Of a stretch of DNA of 64,000 nucleotides, positions 47,501 through 59,400 are shown piece by piece. The stretch's first letter is position 1, and each line of letters starts with the position of its first letter. The notes beneath the pieces were generated by a model that was not told the origin of the DNA, made no database searches, and saw only the letters and a list, made by a program, of their open reading frames with translations. Origin of the DNA: Podarcis gaigeae (taxonomy: Eukaryota); NCBI GenBank assembly GCA_964106915.2, contig OZ066914.1. One strand, written 5' to 3'. Made by a program: the position numbers and the translations under genes.

Positions 47501-50500
47501 GGGTCCCTGTTTTGCTGGGTGTTTGCAGAATTATTGCACAGACCTTGTTAATTCCTGGTTGAATAGAATACATTTACTCTGACTGCTTACTGTACATGCA
47601 TCCTTTCCTCCTTCAGTAGGAAATCCGGCACAGAACATCCGCTTATTCAGACCACCCGGATGGTTCATATAGTATTTCTGACATTCTTCAGAAACCAAAA
47701 TAGGAACTTCAAGTTGATGGAGTTTTCTTGAAAGTTCTCCATCTTGAGGGGTTAAAAAGAGCACACTCAGCAAAAACTAAGATTCAGATATAAGCTCCTT
47801 AAATGTGAACTTAATTCTTTTGCAGTCCACATTTTCAGCTCATGAACCCCTCTTCTCCACTAGTCCCTAATGAAAAAGGAATGGCTAGCAATCATTCTGG
47901 CTAATCGATGAACACAAAATTCTTACTGAAAGGAAAATGCACTCACCTTCATAATGAATGCCCCAACCTGTAATGACACACACCCTGGAAGCCTCAACCT
48001 TTTCGTCTTTCTCAGGCAGACACACAGGACGAACATAATGATTGAATTCTAAAGGCTCAGTGAGTTCCACCAGTGCAATGTCTGAATCTGTAGTCGTGGT
48101 GTTAAAATCTGGATGCAGAATGTATTGTTTGACCAATCTTTTCTGGAAATAGGAAAGCACAGCAGGATGATACATGGGAAGATGTCAGCAGCTCAAAGAC
48201 TGCTCTACTCCTCTCCCCCCCCCTTTTCCCCCAACCTTATACTGTATACAACATTAAAGTGTCACATCAAACAAAACCAGTTTTAGAAAGGACTTTATGA
48301 TATGAAAGTAGAGACAATGCTTGTACTATTGTAACCCAAGAAAATCCTTAATAAAAACAATTTTTACAAACACATTTCAGGTAGTTTATGCAATTGTCCG
48401 GACTCGGAATGACTAAGTGTAGCACAATCACTGTTTTAGAAAGAGAAGTTTTCTTTTTGTGATTGGCAGTCATAGAACAACATGCATACTGGTAATAACC
48501 TACTTCACTATAAAGTCCATCATGACAGATAGATAGACAGACAGATGTATTTGAAAATGCACTTCATGTAAAACTCTTTTTCATTTTGCTCCCACAGTCT
48601 TGGGGGAGGGGATAGAATTCTTTGTGCATGTTGCAGGATAAGGACATGTTCCTTCCATAAATACAGAATAACTTGTACTAACCTGACTATTGTACTCTTG
48701 TTCTCCGAGGTCGTGAACTCCAGCAACCACACTCCAAAAATCTCCGTATTTTTCCCTTTACAGAGAATGTAATTGGTTAAAACAAACCCGAAAGTTTCTT
48801 CCAACAGTCTGTCCCACACATTTTCATTCAAGCATGATAATATGTTACTCCCATCCACACAGGCTTTCCAAATACACACAGAATAGGAACAAATTTGATT
48901 TGCACTGAAGTCTAAATAAAGCGGGACTTCCTTCTGAGTAGATGCCCACATTATTTGTGGGTACCAGAGGAATATAAATCCTTCGGTCTCTTGCAATTTG
49001 GTATGTAGTCTGCCAAGAGCCAAACCTACACACGTTTTCATTTATCTGCATGTTTTGCTATCCCTAGTTACTCTGAGGGTGATGACTGGTCTTCAGAACT
49101 TCTGGGGTGTTACCTTCTTTGAATTCTTCTAGTATGGTGAAAAATGGGGGTTGGGAGTTCATGTTATGGGAGATAGTGACATATTTTTAAAAAATCCATA
49201 GGAGGCAGCAGGCTCTGTTTTCAAGCAGGGCATCTTCTCCATAGACATGTACAGAATTGCACTCTAAGCATACCAGTCTTCAGCTAATGCCTTCCAGGTG
49301 GATTACTCTCATAACCCCAGCCAGCACAATAGTCTAAATCTTCAGCAGGCTGGCGAAGGATGTTATATACACTTATCAACATGTAGTCATAAGCAGACAT
49401 TCATAGGGCAACACTCTAAATAATGCATTTGTTAATGTGCTTTCCAAACCGTTCAGGTGCTGTGAACTATTGTTGCTAAAGCATAACATAGTACTTACAT
49501 CCCTTTAAAACAGTGAGCAGCAGTCACCACCCATGTGCTTGTAAGAACTGCCCCTCCGCAGATGTTTTCTCCCAAAATCTGTATGCTTGCCTGCCAAGGC
49601 CAAGAATATGGTACAGCTTCTTCGCCTCCAACTATCCGACTGAAAAGAAACCTGGGCTGGTTGAATGCTACTCCACAAATGTCAGCTGGCAACATAGAAA
49701 AGAGGAAAAGCTATTGCACATTGGAAAAAGCAACAACCAACAACTTGTGCCTATTACGGAATAAGGCTGCCCACATATAAGTTTCACCACTCCTCCTCTC
49801 TCCCTTCTTTTCTTCCCCAACTTTATACTGTATATACAACACTCAAATGTACAAGATCTGTAGAAAAGACTTCACAAACTGAAAAAGACACGATGCATGT
49901 GCTTTTGTAAACCAATAAAATCTTTAATAAAAATTGTTTTTTTAAAAAGGGGGGAAAGGAAAAAGCTGCCCACATTTGGCTGATTCTACAGAGGCAGTTT
50001 CTATTTAATATGAAAGTCCCACAGGATTTAGTAGGACTTGCAGGCAAAGGATAGGATGGCATTTCAGCGGTGGCTAATGAAGCAGTTCATTGGCCAGGAC
50101 AACCAGCAGCCACAGCATGGGGATGATGGAGGAGGGAGCCTTGCCATCTCTCTCTCTCTCTTTTGGTTCCAGGAGCCACTACTGGTGGGAAGGAGCAGCT
50201 GTCCCAGGCAAGTTTACATTTGGTGATCTTAGCAGCCTGCTTAGTCTTACAACAGGGGTCACAAACTTTTTCAGCCGGGGGCCGGTCCACTGTCCCTCAG
50301 ACCTTGTGGGAGGCCGGACTATATTTTGAAAAAAAATAATGAACGAATTCCTATGCCCCACAAATAACCCAGAGATGCATTTTAAATAAAAGGACACATT
50401 CTACTCACGTAAAAACATGCTGATTCCCAGACCGTCCACGGGCCGGATTTAGAAGGCGATTGGGCCAGATCCGGCCCCTGGGCCTTAGTTTGCCTACCCA

Positions 50501-53500
50501 TGTCTTACACTAACATAGTAACAGCAACAACTGTTGAATTTACAGACCACTTTGCAAAATATTTTTTTTAAAATAATATTTATTAAGAGTTTCCAATTAC
50601 AACCAAAAAAAAAAAAAACATCCAAATTTAGAATCTTGTTTTCCATAACATCTTTCCAGGACTTCCCCTCCCCTCCCCCTCTTGTATTCCAATTCTTACT
50701 TATAAATTCAGCAATTTCTTATCCCAAATTTTAAACTTATTGTCATTGACCCAATTTAAAAATATTTTCCCATCTCCTAAAATCGACCTGTTCCCTTCCA
50801 CGCGTTCCCCCCTTTAACATACATTACAAATTAAAATATAATGGAATAAAATGTAGTTTAACACCCTTTGGATTCCAAATTTCCCTCCCCCTTTTCCCAG
50901 TTGCGTTCCCAAAATTTATCAACATCTGATGTCTTCCTGGAGCTCCCACAATTTATTTAAGCCATAATCCTTTACCAGTCATCTTTAATTTCGAATGTCC
51001 AATCTTGGAAGGAGTCTGTCTCAAAAAGGCCCATTTTTTCCATCCAGATTTTTATACATTAGGAGTAAAAACTCCAATTTTATTTCTTTAAACCTTTCAA
51101 ATCTGGATGTCCCAAATGTTCCCTCTTCCAACTTTATCCAATTCTTGTTATTCTTGTTATTCTTGTTGTTCTTGTTGATCTCTCTCCTTTTCTTTTCTTT
51201 TTCTTTCCTTTCCTGTTTTCCTGCACAAATGTTCTAATTCCAAAAGCTTCAAATTCAGCTGCAGAGACTCTGTTATTCAGGAACGAAACATAATGCCAAG
51301 TCCCTTCCATTTTTCAATAGATAAGTCTATTGTCTTCTTTAGTATGTCAGCCTCTGTAGTCAAAATAGTGTTCCATTTCTGCAGTTTCCCAGGAGATAGA
51401 AAGTTCCATTCAAATTCCATGTCAACAACTTGTAGTATCCCTCTGTTCCTCTAGGTGGGTTGCAATAACTCAGTTCCCTTCCAGATCACCCCAATCAGTC
51501 CAAATAACTTGTTATTCCTTGTTTTTAAACAATTTGTATCCAATTTATAACAAATGTAACCGGCAAAGTCCTTGTAACAAAGTTCTCATTTTGTTCTTCT
51601 GCTTTGACAGCTCTTTGACAGCTGTCAAAACCTCTCTTTGTCTTCTCCCGGCGCTCTCGCAAAACGCTCCCAGGGTTCCGGGGGGGGGGGTTACTTTTAC
51701 ATCAATTCCACTTTTCTCCTCCAGCTCAGCCTTATAGTTTTCCGTCGCGAAATTAATATCTTTGTAAAAATAGGGTTGCACTCGATCTTAGATGTCAAAT
51801 CCTTTGCTTTAACTCCTCTACAACAGGGGGGGGCTGACTTCCTTTTTGCGCCTCCCCGCTCGCTCCAATTTTTTTAAAAAATTATCCCCCTTTTTAGTCC
51901 AGGTTCCAATTACTCACGGGTTATTCTTTTAGGTCCAAATTTTCAATAGAAGAAGTCAGAGCTCTCCGTCGAATGGCATGCGGCTTCGCTCGGCAGGGGA
52001 AGCGGAGGACTCAAAGCACCACCACCACCCCTGTCACCCGTTCCGTAGCCTTTAAAAAGGCTCCTTCGCGGGCCGGGGGGAGTGCAAAAGGTGCCAGCCG
52101 AGTCACCATGTCCATGGGTTTCAGCGCCCATGGTTTTTGAGGGTCCCCGCGTCGCCGGCGCGGTAGGACCCAGCCCCTGCCGAGCAGGCTCCCTCCGGAG
52201 CTCGGAGGGAGTCCACCATTCGGTGATGGCGCCAACCCGGAAGTCCCCACTTTGCAAAATAAACCCATAAATGTACTCAGTAAAAACAGAATTAAACACA
52301 GGATCACACATCCCAAGAACAATAAAATCAGTTAAACCAACTCTAAAACAGGTAGGTAGCTGTGTTGGTCTGATGTAGTAGAAATAAAAATAAACAATTG
52401 TCCAGTAGCACCTTATAGACCAACTAAGTTTGTTCTGGTATAAGCTTTCGTGTGCATGTATCTGAAGAAGTGTGCATGCACATGAAAGCTTATACCAGAA
52501 CAAACTTAGTTGGTCTATAAGGTGCTACTGGGCATTTTTATTTTTAGGTTTATTTCAACTCTAAAACAGTCAGGCTATCCATACAAATTTGAAAAACAGA
52601 ACAAGTTCCTCAGATATAAAACTGATCTTCCATAAAATGACTGGGATGCACCTCGGGGAAAGCCTTCCTAAACCAAAATGTCTTCCGTAGGCACCTAAAC
52701 GTCATCACACGAGGTGCCTGTCTGATTTCAGCTGGTAATTGATTCCAGAGAGCTGGAGCTGCAACACTAAAAGCCCAATTTCTAGTTCAGGGTAAGTGCA
52801 TCTCTGGGGCGTGTGGTATTCTCAGCAACGCTCCATTTGAGAAGCGCAGTTGCCAGGGAGGGATACAGCGGACAAGACTTTATGGTGGTGCCAAGTTTTT
52901 TAGGGCTTTAAATGATCAAAGCAAAATGTGAATGGTTCCTGGTAGCATATTGGCAGCCAGCGCATCTCCTTTAGCAGAAGCATTACATGGTGTCAATGGG
53001 GTACCACAATCAGCAATTTAGCTACTGCATTCTGAGCCAGCAGCAGCTTCTAGGTTAAGTCAAAGGTAATCCCAGAACAGAGCATCCTGCAGTAATCCAA
53101 GGTCACAGTGGCCAAGCCATCTCAGTCCAGGAACAGCTGCAGCTGCCTAACCAACCAAAGCTGGCAAAAGATTCCCTTAGCCACCAAGGTCACCTGTTTT
53201 GCCAGGAGTTAAACTCAGTTCACTGGCCCTCATCCAGCCCGCAGCTGTGGTCAGATACTGGTCCAGAGCCTGCATGACCACTCCAAGTTCAGACATTATA
53301 GAGAGACAGAGTCATGCATCATCAGCATACTAATAATACTTTGCTCCATATCCCCCCAATGATCCTTCCAGGTGTCTTCATATAGATGTTATTTAACACT
53401 GCGATAAGATAGAGTCCTGCAGCATCCCATAGCATAAATGCCCTATGGACCCTGCAGGTAGGACCAGAACTACCATAAACTACCCTGACACCAGTTTCAC

Positions 53501-55137
53501 AGAGCTGGTCTGGGAGGATACCATGGCTGATGGTATAACAAGCCACACTGAGATGAAGCAAAATAATTAGACTCTCCTTGTTTTTCTCCCAGAGAAAAAC
53601 ACAGAGCTGGTCTGGGAGGATACCATGGCTGATGGTATAACAAGCCACACTGAGATGAAGCAAAATAATTAGACTCTCCTTGTTTTTCTCCCAGTGGAGG
53701 CCATTCATCCGGACAAGCTAGGCTGATTTGACCTCTAAACCAGGCCAACCAGACTGAAATTGGTCCGGCTAACCAGTTTCCTCCAAGAACATCTCCAGCT
53801 GTTCTGCCACAACCTTCTCAGTCATCTTCCCAAGAATCGGTGTCCTAGAAATTGGCCAATGACTATTTCAAGTGCTACCCCTTTCACCACGCCCTGAAGC
53901 TGCCCAAGGATGCCCTCCTGGCTAGGTTTCATTTACCATGATCCAGAATGAGCATAATCAAGATTCATGCTTGTTCTGCATGAACTATGGGATCAATATC
54001 GCTACAGTGTGATACAACTTTACCCTCAAAATGTCATATAAACAGTGGGCCACAGAGGGCTCCAAGGCAACTCTCTCAGGCACCAGGAACCTCTGAACCA
54101 TTTGGAGGAGCTCCACTAGTTGGCTAGTAGAGGATGCAATGGAGGCAGTGAAGTCTGCAATATATTTTGGATTTGCCTTATTAGGAAAACACATTTTCCA
54201 GCCAAACCTGGTGTGTATGTAGAATTTATAGAATATCTAGAATACCTATAGAATATCTATATAGAATATCAACAAACCATACCCTGGACTCCTCTCTACA
54301 TTCATTTTGCCCTTTCCCTTCTCCTACCAAAGGATACCTTCACAGAAGATGATTTACCAGGAATGTCAGTTTCATTTGAGGCATCACTTATTTCCTCCGG
54401 AAGCATTACTTCACTGCTCGAATTTGATATGTTTAGATCTAGTTTCAAAAAGAAAGAGGGGAGAGTCATTGTCAGAATTCCTAAATCAACTTTCTTCTAG
54501 GGCTAGAATAATCCTCCATTTTCCATTACCTGCAACAGAGATGAATAAAAATCTGGCTTTGAATCCACCAAACGTCTCTGTCTCATCTGAATGAAACTTG
54601 ACCAGCATGGTACTAGAGGAACTGACAACTGGTGCTGGGACAGCAAATCCACAGGATCGAGCTAAAGAAGGTAAGTGGCAAGGTTCACAGCAGAACAGAA
54701 ATACCTTCCCTGCATCTCAGCATACAAAACGTTAAATCAAACAGGTGTCATTAAAAAATTGGCATCCTCTGTGCTGACAAACTCTTTATATTAACATTGG
54801 GGCAGATCCCATTAAACTGATGCATCGCTGGAAATCAGTACAATGAGTTCCACTAGTGAAACAGGACTTCTCCCCTGCACCCTCCACAGATCTGCTCAGG
54901 GGGGTTGGGAGAAGCCCCATAACAGGAGGAGAGGCAGGGGAGGAGGGGGAAAGTGCTCCGTCTATTAAGCAGAAATGCTTGCACTAAAATGCTTGCTCAG
55001 TGTTGTATTACACCCTGTGTGTTAGGTCACTGCTACTATTTCCTTGATACAAATTAAAGGAATTTGTAGAGTGAAAAAGTATAATGGACAGTTTCAGATG
55101 CTGATTAGAGGTTTCCCTGTGAGTTGTAATTATGCTA

Positions 55138-55178
<41 letters not shown>

Positions 55179-56389
55179 GCAAGATTAGCCAAATACTGAA
55201 AAACAGTGTGACTACATGTGATAGCAACTGATCCCCTTGTTTAAAAGTGCAGCCTACCCCAATCACTTGCAGAAGACTTGCTCACTTGAAGTAGGGATAG
55301 GGGCCAGTTCTAAGAACCAGGTGTGTACATGGTGTGTAGTGAAACGAATCCATTTCTTGCAGCGTTGCCACACCACCCACTACTTTCCCCCCAACTGAAC
55401 TTATTTTGGGTACTGAAACCCAACTGGGAAGAAAGGAATCCTGGCAATGGACTCAAATCTCATTTAGTGCACAGCATTAGAAATAAGTATAAAAAACAAA
55501 CCTATTTCATTATCCTTTGCAATATTTTCATACACTGTCACTGAGTCATAAGTGCAGCCTTCATTTTCCTCCAGTTCAAAATTTTCATATGTGAGCTTCG
55601 AAAACAAAACAAAACAAAACCAACAGCAAAAAAAAAACCCTGAAGTTCATCAAACACAAAGAGGTTTAGTTTCAGATATTTTTCTTATTGGCCATAGATC
55701 ATTCAGCAGTGAAACTAAATTGCTGCCCTGCCTATGGCAAGTAAGAAAATACTATTTAAACAAGGCATAGATTAATGCTGCAATAAAGGCTGGAATAAAT
55801 GTGCACATGGAGCACACTTCAGATGCTTCAGATGCACATGGAGGCTTACTTCAGAATAAACATGCATAGGATTTCTCTGCACATCCCCAAATGCAAACAT
55901 TATAATTTATTATAATTTACAAATCAAAGCAGATCCACAGTTTATGCTTGACTGTAGTCTACAATGCTTGCATGTATCAAAATGTGGGTAGCAACCTCTG
56001 GGGCCCCAAGGTCAAATGTCATTGTAGTCACTGGGGGCCTCCAATAAGACGTACAGATATAACGTGAATACTGGGGAGTATTAACAGATAGGACATTAAT
56101 ACTTGGGAGCAGAGTACACCCCAACATTTTAGAAATGCAAATTATATTGGGGTACTGATCTACGACAACATTTGTAGAAGAATGTGATGACAAAGCTGGA
56201 GATGGTTGCTGCCAGAAAGAAAAAGAGTATACTTCATTTTCTAGTGTCTGAAATTCATATTTGTATGCATCACATACAACCTACACCCCTATATTACACA
56301 AATATAGCAAAAGTGTCAGTGTCACATAAAACTACACCCAAAATGTATGAATGAGTTTGAAGAAAGACAGGTTCAAAAGACACTGAAAC

Positions 56390-56449
<60 letters not shown>

Positions 56450-59400
56450 ATCCACACACAGTGGTATTCAACTAAGATTTACTTAGAGGAGGTCTATGTA
56501 CATGAAGTTTTACCCTGAGTGAAACCTAGTTGAATACTACCCACTGCATTTATATGATATCCCAATGCAAGATATTATATGTTAACTAATAATAAAACAG
56601 CACCAAAATAAGGAAGCCTCATGAGCGAAATGTTACATTGCTTGTGAAGGTTGGAATCAAACTTATGGTGTTCAGAGGAAACCCTTTGTGCTGATGCCAG
56701 TAAATCAGCCCTGCTTTGTACCTTGACCACGTGGTTTTCTGGAGCTTGAACAATCCATTGACAATCTGCCAGATTATTGTAAGCCTCGGGGTAGTGCATG
56801 CTTTGTATTGTTCCTTCCTCAAAGAGTATGGCAATAGATCCACAGCCAGAGTCTAGAAAGACAGTGAAGCAAAAGTAAAGTGAGACAATTGAAATAGTCC
56901 CTTAGCAAACTAAACCATTGAAAGCTTTTGTGGGCTCATTATGCTTATAGTAAAATATAAGGTGGTGGTTGTTTTATTTATTATTAAAGGATTGCTTCAA
57001 TGGACTCCCAAGAGTCAATTTTGTAATAAGGGAACTTTCTAAATATGGGTATTTGAAGAATAGGTAGATGGTTGGGTTATGTTTGCCCTTGATTCTTATA
57101 GAAGCAGGGGTGGCCAACTCCCAAGAGACTGCAATCTACTCACAGAGTTAAAGACTGGCAGTGATCTACCCCCCTTTTTAGGGGTTCAGGTCAAAGTTGT
57201 TGAGCTTCTTTTAGGGAAGAGGAAAGCCCAGGATTTTTTGGGTGCAGGACAATAAACATTGAGCTTTCTTTAGGGGAGCCAAACTTGTTGAGCTTCTTTG
57301 GGATGAGCCAGTGATCTACCAAAGACATTCAGTGATCTACCTGTTATAGAGTCATTTTTTCCTCCAGAGGTCTTCAGAGCTAAGTCTGTAAAGGACTCAT
57401 GTAGTCCACTTATATTAATAATTGTGCAACTGCTCAGTTCTTCACCATCAAACCCTTCTGTATTGCATCTCGACCATCAAACCCTTCTAATTGCATCTCG
57501 AGCAATGACTGCTAAAGCTACAAATCATAGAATCTCCCTAGAGCACTCTCATGTAAGGACTGGTAAGGTACAAAAAAAGTATCACAATCAATAAAGTAAC
57601 AGATCTAGTGTCTGTAATCTATATATGTTGTGAAGCCTCCTTGGCCTCATATATTATTAGAAAGTATCAATACTTACCTTGAAGAGAAGCTGGCTCAATA
57701 GTTTGGTATATCATAGAGAACCCAGATCCATGTTCTTTGTTATCAGATACAAATTTTAGCCTTAGGCTATTGGAACCAACCAAAATCGGTAACGGGGGCT
57801 CCTTGCCACAGAATTTCCCTGAAAGACGTTAATTTTATCAATGTAATTTTCCTAATATTTACTGAGTGGTTCTGCTAATGTGAGAAGAACCTGCTTCTGA
57901 ATAGGTATGCTTAGGACCATAGTATTCAAGCCAGTGGTGTGTGATCAGTGGACTAGGAAGATTAGTCCCCTAAATGTTCCCCTGGGGCCTCCTTCCTAAA
58001 ATCCAGGAAGCTTCTGTCTGGCTTAGGGAGAGAGGTACAATGCTCCGATGAGTTCAAGAGTCCACCTCTGCCATCTTCCCAAAGCCCACCCTGCTTGGGG
58101 AAGAAGGCAGGAGAGCTCCAGCATACTGTCAGAGCACTGGCACCTCCTTCCCAAAGCCTGGGGTGCTTCTGTCCAGGTTAGGGAGGGAATCACAATGCTT
58201 GCCCAATGTCAGGATGTTGGGGCATCCCACATGCAATATCCCCCTGCCCCCTGTCACCTTTGCAAGCTGGCCTCTCTGGCCCTAACTGTTCCCTTTCAAA
58301 AAAATGTCACCGCACACCACTGATTCAGTTTAATTTACAACAACAATGTGTAACCTTGTGGCTATATAAGATCCAGAAGGAGAAGAGTCAACCCAAAAAT
58401 GCTTTAATATACGTCAGGCTCGACCTAGCATTTGTATCCAGATTTCAGATGTGTTCATTGCAGGCATCTTAGCAGCAAAGCTTGTTTTGGGTGTCTGCCC
58501 CCCCAAACACCCCTGAATACTCAGCTCTAACTGTCTGGAGCATCATTACACATGATATCCAAAATCCCTTCAGAAAGGAAAAGCAAGGTCAGGATCGGGC
58601 CATCTCAAGCAAGAATGTGGGCAAGGCAGATGAGATAGGTGGATAACTCTTTCCTGTCTTCATTATCCTCTGCTCAGCTGGTCACGCACCATTTTCAACT
58701 GCAACTTTTGTCAATGTGAAAGTGAGTTAAGTCAATGTGGGTGAGGGCCCTCCAACATCAGTGAGGGAAAGCAAAGAGCAACTCCTCTATATTTGTACCC
58801 TCCCCATGGCTGTTGGGCATGGGTGGCCTCACTCAGTGTCAGGCATACTGGGAAGCAAAACACTACTATGGTAGCCAAGACTTCAGAGGCAAATAGGGGT
58901 CATTTTTGTGTCCATGCCACAAAATTCCCATAGGTGAAATTCCTGTTTGGACAGGTCATCAATGCACATCATGTGTTCACTTCAATACGGCATGTGCTGG
59001 CACCAAATTTTGATATCATATCCAACTTTTCAACTATACAAGAACCGCCTGCTTTTCATTTGGGAAAAAGTGCAGCCTGGTGCCTTATATATTTTGAAGA
59101 AGACACTCACCAAGGAGTCTATCGTCCTTAGAAATCACTGACAAGGCATCATAGTCACAGTACACATCGGATTCCACATCAAAGCGGGTAAAATTCAGCA
59201 GTATATGCATTCCTTCTGGGACGAGCAGAGTCCAAACACACAACCTAGATTGATGCACAAGGACTGAATTCTAGTTGGCAATCAATAAAGCACAGATGCA
59301 TGAGACCAGGTACAGTTTCTGAAAAGGGACTTCAGCTACTCACTGGTTGTCCTGGTAAAAATGCTTAGGATGATCAGGGAAAACAAGCTGTCCTTCATTG

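Noticed and set aside
46395-49685. A separate serine protease gene downstream of OVCH2
   Set aside because: No signal-peptide exon seen; the first exon is phase 1 and joins the OVCH2 linker exon in frame.
51943-52503. 186-aa ORF
   Set aside because: Spans a Penelope-like palindrome, a TSD and a GC-rich retroelement 5' region; a chance open frame.
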